A stretch of DNA of 25,741 bases, from contig MU271216.1 of the NCBI GenBank assembly GCA_021432655.1, forward strand, positions 124,001 to 149,741, given 5' to 3'. Position 1 is the stretch's first letter. Each line of letters opens with the position of its first letter. The DNA comes from Atractiella rhizophila (taxonomy: Eukaryota). Shown here piece by piece: positions 19,243 through 25,741 of this stretch. The notes below the pieces were generated by a model. It worked only from the letters and a program-made list of their open reading frames with translations. It searched no databases and had not been told where the DNA came from. Made by a program: the position numbers and the translations under genes.

Positions 19243-20811
19243 ATGCCCACCCCTCCAGGCTCTCAGAGGGAAAGAGAAGAGCCCGTGTCACCATCCCCTG
19301 TAAGGAACGTTGAAGTAGATTCTACTTCAATGTGGGACCCGCTGCTAAAGGTCCCTGGCTATGCTCCCAACACTGCTCTAGCTCCCCAAACTCCGAAAGC
19401 CAACAGATTCCTTGACGTGTTCATACCCAATACTTGGGACCAGGATGACCCGACCAAAGTCCTCTAACTCCTACGAGATTTCCTAGACGAACACCCGAAG
19501 GCTCAAACGAAATCAAAACTCTATGACATTCAAAAATCAAGAGTTCAACTTCCTCGACAGCTTGGTGGAACACCTAGGTTACCTCCTGAGCTCCCCAGAG
19601 GCAAATCCAACCACAAGATCGGTAGGCCTTGAGGTCAAGAAGGGTGTCGAAACCCTGAAGGGCCAAATCGTGGACCTCAAAGATGTGATGCATGCTCTAT
19701 CACAAGCGGTCAATCCTGCCACTCTGGGAGCGAAGACGGCGGAAAGTATGGCCAGCCACCTGTCAAGGCTACATGGAGGACCAAACGCTAAGCACTTCCC
19801 CCCTCTCTCTCTCCTCGCTCTGCACCCCATCCTCCTATACCGCCTACCAAAAACCTCACTAACGACTCGCTACAGCTTACTTTGACCTGGAAAGCCCCGG
19901 AGATATTGCAGGCAGACTCCCCATCGACAAACTACTTGAAGAAGAAGCCATACCTGAGTGTACCCCTCATAAAAGAGAAGCCTCAGAAACTAGTCATGAT
20001 ATTCAATGGCCTGTTCATGGCCAAGTGCATTCCCAGCGAGGTCTATCAAAAGACCCCCGGAGCCGAAAGAGCTGCCAGCAAGATGTCCCCATTCCTGAGG
20101 ATACGAGCTGCCCAACGACTCAAAAGCAGAGACCTCAGGCTCCATCTCTACCACGCTTCCAAAGTACAACTGGCGATCGACACCCAAGAGGTGTGGCTTC
20201 CACACCTTGAAAGTGGCTGGTCCATCAAGCGCAAATCCTTTCCAATTATCGTCCACGCCGTCCCCACCTCATTCGACATCAACTCTAAGGAAGAGGTTCA
20301 AAGACGTATCGAACCTTTCAACCTCAACCTATGCGAACACATCGCCAAAATAAGCTGGTGCCGCACCAAGAAGATGTCTTCTACGCCCTCGGAAAAGGTC
20401 AAAACCCACTCCTCCCTCATCATCGCCCTCGACCTCGCCTTAGTAGCCGACGCGCTCATCGAATTCGGTCTCATCATTGACGGGAAAGCGTACACGGTGG
20501 AAAAGTCCATCCGAGATGTCCTAAGATGTTTTAAGTGTCAAAAACCTGGTCACACCGTCGCGAGATGCAAAGCTCCAGTTTCCTGCGGGGTTTGCGCCGG
20601 CCCCTACTTCACGACGACCTGCACCCTCTCCTGCGCAAATCTCAAACCCTGCCGTGATGCGCATTTCTGTTCCCATAGACCAATCAAGTGCAGTTTATGT
20701 TTTGCTACTGATCACAATGCCCTCTCCAAAGGTATGGAGTGTGAGGTCATTAATGCCGCAAGACTTTCGCACAGAATCCAGGAGGGCTCTTCCCGATTCT
20801 TTGCGAAATGA
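19243..20811 (+). pseudogene. LINE ORF1 (Gag-like nucleic-acid-binding protein), frameshifted
   Basis: Fragments 19243-19467, 19523-19885 and 19882-20811. FPIIVHAVPTSFD, KTHSSLIIAL, CFKCQKPGHTVARC, CGVCAGPYFTTTC, CSLCFATDHNALSKGMEC. Confidence 0.88.
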
Positions 20812-23800
20812 GCGGAGACCTACCACCCTTACCAGAGGATCTCCTTAATCAGCTAAGTTATTCTGCTTCACCTTCAGTTTCCATTTCTTCACCCCCTTCC
20901 TTTTCATCTCCTTCTCTCCCCGCTTCCCCCATCGCAGGCTCCCGGACTGCTCAGGTCACTCCTTATCAAAACCCATTTCTCACTTCTTCTGTCACCAAGT
21001 CTCCTAACACTGACGAACCACAATATGGGAACAGCTACTCCGACGACACGAGCGAAGCTTCTTACCCAAAACCTTCATCATCTTCTCTCCTTTGAGTCTA
21101 CCAATACAACACCCAAAAGTCTTTATCTGCATTTCATTCACTCCTTTCAGACGCTCACTCCAATTTCGATCTTCTGCTAATCCAAGAACCATACATCGCA
21201 CCGGGGAACTCCCTGCCTTTTTCCATCAGATGGCGCCGTTCTTCTACCTCCTTGTCTGCGCGGTCAGTTATTCTCGTGAACGCCAACACGATTTCTGGAT
21301 CCAGTATCCACCCGTAGCATCTCCGTCTCCTGAAATCTCTGCGGTCAAGATCCACTTCCCACCATTTACCTTTATTTTTGTTAATGTTTACAATGCCGCC
21401 CACCTAATGTCTGAGACATTAAACGCTTTAATTTTGTTCATTCAACAACTCAGAAGGGAATACGCTTCTATCGAAAACTTTCTGCTTTATGTCGGAGGAG
21501 ACTTCAACCTACACCACGATCTCTGGAACCAGGAAGGCTACTTTAGACGAGACCCTAAGGCGGATGACTTACTAGAAAGGTTAACGGAAGAAGGACTGGA
21601 ACTTAGGTCAGAACAAGGCATCATCACTTGGGCAACAAGGGAGTCTCAAACGGTCATCGACTTGGTGTTCTTGAACACTGAAGCCAAAGACCTAGTAGAG
21701 CGATGTATAACCTCCCATGATCCCTCGATGAACCATGGTTCTGACCATTTCCCCATCCTGACCACTTTTAACCTCAACAAGCAAGCTCCGTCAATGCTGC
21801 GCAGATTCAACCTCTCTAAGGCTGACTGGGAGAAGATGGCGGAAGAAGTAGAAATGAATTAGGAAAGTACCCCTTTAACACAGAGATTCCTCTGAGGGAT
21901 AGGGAGGACATTGACCTAGCAATTGAACACCTCACCAAATCGATCCAAAAAGTGCTAGAAGTGTCGACATCAACGGTGAAGGTGTCGAAGTTTTCCAAAA
22001 GATGGTGGGATGAGGAACTCTCAGAGCTCCATGCTTGGGCTGGGAAGTGATGAAACAGGTTCCAAAAAACGAAAGATGGACGGGACTATGATTTGTGGCA
22101 AAGTTCCCTCCGTCATTTTCGAAGTGCAGTCCAAGCGCGAAAGCATTCGCACTGGAACAATTTTCTCCCATGCCTAGATGAGAAGTCCTTATGGACCGCT
22201 TCAGCATATGCCAAGCATGAAGAATGAGAGCGACAAATTCCAGCGCTTAAGAATCCAGACAACACCTTTACCATTGATAACCAAGAGAAAGCGAGGATCT
22301 TCCACGACACCTTCAGTGCTATGCACCCCAACCCTCTACTCGAAGATCTAGAATATGTTCAAGAGACACCAGAGGACCACATTATCTTTGGCGATATCGA
22401 AATCCAAGAGCTAGACAGATATATCGAAAACGCAAAAGCAAAGTCAGCTTCTGGTGACGACGGAATCTCAAATATGGTGCTCAAGGAACTTTGGCCTACT
22501 ATCAGGGAAGTCCTATTCCACATTATCTCCTCTTCATATTCAATCAACTACTACATACAAAAGTGGAAGAGCTTTACAACGGCAATATTAAGAAAGCCAA
22601 AAAAGCCAGATTATACGGTTCCTAAAGCCTACCGCCCAATAGCCCTTCTAAAATGCCTCGCTAAAGTATTTGATGGGGTTCTAGCATCGAAATTGGCTTT
22701 TTTTACCGAGAAACACGAGCTTCTTCCTCCGCAACACTTTGGGGGCAGAGCTGGAAGGAGCAGCACCGATGCCCTGTTAACAGTGGTTGAATTCGTAATG
22801 GATGGCTGGCGGAAAGGGGAAGTGACAGCTGCCACCTTCTTAGACGTTAAAGGAGCTTTCCTGTCAGTCATCCATCCCCGCCTTGTCTCCAATCTTCTCA
22901 AAGCCAAGGTTGACCCTCTCTTCTGTGGCATGATCGAAACCTGGCTGGAGGGACGATCAACATCCTACTCTTTCGACGGGTTCAGTTCGAACCAGCTCAA
23001 AATCAAGATTGGGCTAGTACAGGGGTCTCCCTTATCCCCCATTCTCTTTCTACAATGCCCGGGGGTTGATTTAAAGGCACCCAGCATAAGCTGTTGGGCT
23101 AAGTGGTGGAGGACCTCCAATCTGCGGACGATGGCTGTTCGGATATGTGGTTGATGCCACACTATGGCAGCATAGTCAGTGGCGGTACAGACGATAGAGA
23201 TGTATAGGCGACGGAATTGGGCCAGTGGGATGCCTTCAGTCGTTTTCACCAGTGATGCAATTGCCATGAGGCGCTTGCGTCCTTTTTCTTCTATTGAAGC
23301 GAGCTGCTGTTTCCATCGAAGCTCCTTGTCTAGGACTATCCCAAGGAGTGTTGCGCCGTCTGACATCTTTATCTTCTCGCCACCAAATCGAAGTCTAGGA
23401 TTTTATATTATCTTTTTGTGATTTCGAGTGAACAGAACAAACTTTGTTTTGTCTCTTTCGAACAGTGCTCCATGTTCTTCTCCCCATCCCTCCGCCTTGT
23501 CAAGGATACTTTCCAGATCCCGGATGGCCAGGGCCACTGACGACAATCTGGTCATGAAAGATACGTCGTCAATGAAGCCGGCTGAAAGGGAGTTATGTTG
23601 GACAGCTAGCCTAAGTAAGGATCCCTGGCCTCACCTTTGATACTAACCTTCCAGACCCAGTTGTCCGCCTGGATAAGATTATTTTTCGTGGCGCAATGCG
23701 CCTCCTCACCCTTCCAGACTCCAATCCGGCTAGTGTGCTGGCACACACATGTAGGCTGGCCTTTGTTACCAAATTTCCTTCCCCTTTATACAAAGTTTTT

Positions 23801-24832
23801 CACCAAGGCGCCCTTTCTTTCCCCTCAGACCTAGAAATCCTCCACCCTCTCCCTCTTCCTCCCAATTTCTTACCCTCTTTCACCACCATCATACCCGAAT
23901 CCAAAGAGTCAGCACTGGATGCTTACAACACAATCGCCAACAACAAACCCGACCTCCACATCTTCACGGATGGATCTAGTACTGAGGACGGGGTAGGGGT
24001 GGCTGCAATTGATCTGTCATCAGAGTGGTCTTCAGTAGTCAGAATTGGCGACCCCAACCAGAACTCAATCTTCGAAGCCGAGCTAACTGGAGTAAGGCGA
24101 GCATTGGGTCGCCTGGCACATCTGGAAGAAGTTCCACCAAATGTGGTGATATTCTCTGATAGCCAGAGCGTCATCAAAACTCTGGAGAGGCGGCCCAGCC
24201 ACAGACCTGGACAACATATCGTACTAGACATACACTCAAAGCTAAGTCTCATCACTGATCTTCTTCCACGCATAAGAATCCATCTTCAATGGGTTCCAGG
24301 ACATCAGGAGATCAAGGGCAACAAAGCAGCAGATTCCCTGGCACGCAAAACGACAAAGAGAAAGGACGCCGCTCCACCCTCCCCATTCCCGTTCAGCCCA
24401 TCCTCCTTTGCATAAACCATCCATGGATACTCCCCTCCTCAAAACGAACCATCTGGCAACGTGGGGAAGCACCACACCAAAGCAAGAGGAAAGCTACCTT
24501 CGGCCAAGACTTACGCTATGCTTGCTGAGCTCCCAAGACCAGTGGCTTCAATCGTGGTTCAACTCAGATCAGGTCACATAGGACTCGGGGATTATATATA
24601 TCGCAAGAAAGTGCAGGAGTCTCCCCTCTGTGAGTTCTGTCACTCCCGCGAAACGGTAAAACACTATCTGCAATCAGCAGGAGGCACAGGCTCCACCGAG
24701 ATAAGCTTAAGAAGAAGTTAGCGAAAGTCGGAATCTGTCTCACAAGCAATGCTTCGGTTCTCTCTAACCCGGACGCGTTACCACCTCTGGAAATTCATCA
24801 GAGCCACTCGAAGGTTCACCCATCACACGTGA
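20808..24832 (+). pseudogene. LINE ORF2 (Ser/Pro-rich leader, APE endonuclease, RT, RNase H, CCHC), disrupted by stops, frameshifts and an inversion
   Basis: APE: VYQYNTQKS, FDLLLIQEPY, GDFNLHH, VIDL, GSDHFPI. RT: KPKKPDYTVPKAYRPIALL, FLDVKGAF, GLVQGSPLSPILF, and FIDD inside the inverted block. RNase H: IFTDGS, EAEL, FSDSQS, WVPGH. C-terminus: QLRSGH, CEFCHSRETVKHYL, FIRATRRF then TGA at 24830-24832. Confidence 0.93.
23061..23620 (-). other. 560-bp internal inversion of the LINE RT core and thumb
   Basis: The minus strand reads PLLRLAVQHNSLSAGFIDDVSF...TLLGIVLDKELRWKQQ...LMLGAFKSTP. Re-inverting restores YNA-P-LL at the left join and STP-IPGLTFDTNLP at the right join. Confidence 0.9.
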
Positions 24833-25284
24833 GCAGCAGAAAGGATTCTCCGTTACAAGAAAGAAGAACCATGAGGAAGCGCAACGTCACACTGCCCGAA
24901 CAGGAGTGGGATAAATCTCTAAACCACCTATGTTACGAAGATAAGCCTCTCTGAATCCTTTCTTCCCTCCGTTTTTATTCATAATTCAACCGTTCTTTAA
25001 TTTTTTTACTTTCACACTTTTGGCCTCTCTTTCTTTCTTTACATCTATTTTTATTTCAACATAAAGCACGTTCTAACCATCCTGTTAGCAGTCATTACCG
25101 CACATCATGTCAACCCTCTCATGCTAGGGAGTTTTGAATCTCACCCAGCCATCTCAGAAGCCATCACAGCAAGCTGGTCCCCAAGGCCGACAAATGCTAG
25201 ACCAGAAAAGGAGAGGATTGAATAGGAGTGAAGGGGTAGTGAGGAGAAGAGCAGGAGATTACATTCCATAAGGGTGGGGGGGAT

Positions 25285-25710
25285 TTACGGTCCAGCTGTC
25301 GTTGCGCATACTAGGAGAAGAGCTTCATGACTATTAGGCCGGAAAAAGCTCTGAAATATGATTTCATCATCATCATCATCATCATTGCCATGATACTGTG
25401 TGGGATCAGGAACTTTAACAACTAAGGTTGAAATTTTACCATAGATCTTTAACAACGCGTCTTTGTACCCAGAATACAATGGCTAGCTTGTGCGGATGAG
25501 CCGGGAAACCTCGTAATAGGTCTTCCCTAGACCCCTGTAAGTTCTCAGAGCGAAATCACGTCTCCTTGCTCAGCCACAGCACTCTGATTGAGGAGTACTC
25601 ATTTTGGACAAAATGATCATGAGTCTGCTCAAACGGTCGCGATGATCGTTGATGAAGCGGTCGCGCACTTCCTTTTTGGGCCAAATTCTAACGAAGCGCC
25701 TCGCAACCAT
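25285..25710 (-). other. Possible degraded 3' exons of an unidentified gene
   Basis: Coding-like frames (DFALRTYRGLGKTYYEVSRLIRTS*PLYSGYKDALLKIYGK...DDDDDDEIIF) with an in-frame stop; no recognisable motif. Confidence 0.25.
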
Positions 25711-25741
25711 CCTCCGACCAATTTCCATCATTTACAAGCTT

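Larger units (their letters stand above)
19130..25065 (+). mobile_element. Non-LTR retrotransposon (LINE, Tad1/I group), near full length, inactivated
   Basis: ORF1 with CCHC knuckles, ORF2 with APE-RT-RNase H-CCHC, pyrimidine-rich 3' UTR. Ends approximate; no TSD or poly(A) tail identified. Confidence 0.92.

Noticed and set aside
22965..23366. A second, antisense LINE inserted into the first
   Set aside because: The block supplies exactly the RT part missing from the plus strand and rejoins in frame at both ends, so it is an inversion.
25364..25385. (CAT)n microsatellite
   Set aside because: About seven units, corresponding to a poly-Asp stretch on minus; unremarkable.

Overview
Eukaryotic DNA, most likely a basidiomycete fungus (45-63 nt GT-AG introns, a Zn2Cys6 motif, a Tad1/I-type LINE). 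The window is a transposon graveyard with no clearly intact host gene. From left to right: (1) a decayed, intron-containing Helitron Rep/Pif1 helicase gene (1-3271, minus). (2) A broken multi-exon gene with an N-terminal Zn(II)2Cys6 cluster and a kinase-like C-terminal part, joined directly to the Helitron (3286-4842, minus). (3) A small repeat/hairpin cluster (5208-5340). (4) A proline iminopeptidase-like alpha/beta hydrolase pseudogene (5449-~6500, plus). (5) A Cys-rich peptide fragment (6932-7081, minus). (6) A composite of two different Ty1/Copia elements (7212-13366, minus): family B sits inside the 5' LTR of family A, and an internal deletion leaves two RT domains in tandem. (7) A very large decayed gene, interrupted by that composite, that joins a Ulp1/C48 peptidase domain, a zinc finger and a P-element/THAP9-like DDE transposase (7082-7211 plus 13372-~19050, plus). 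(8) A near full-length Tad1/I-type LINE with a clean 560-bp internal inversion and a Ser/Pro-rich ORF2 extension (~19130-25065, plus). The best candidate for an undescribed system is the Ulp1-fused P-like transposase. All domain calls come from reading motifs by eye; no searches were run.
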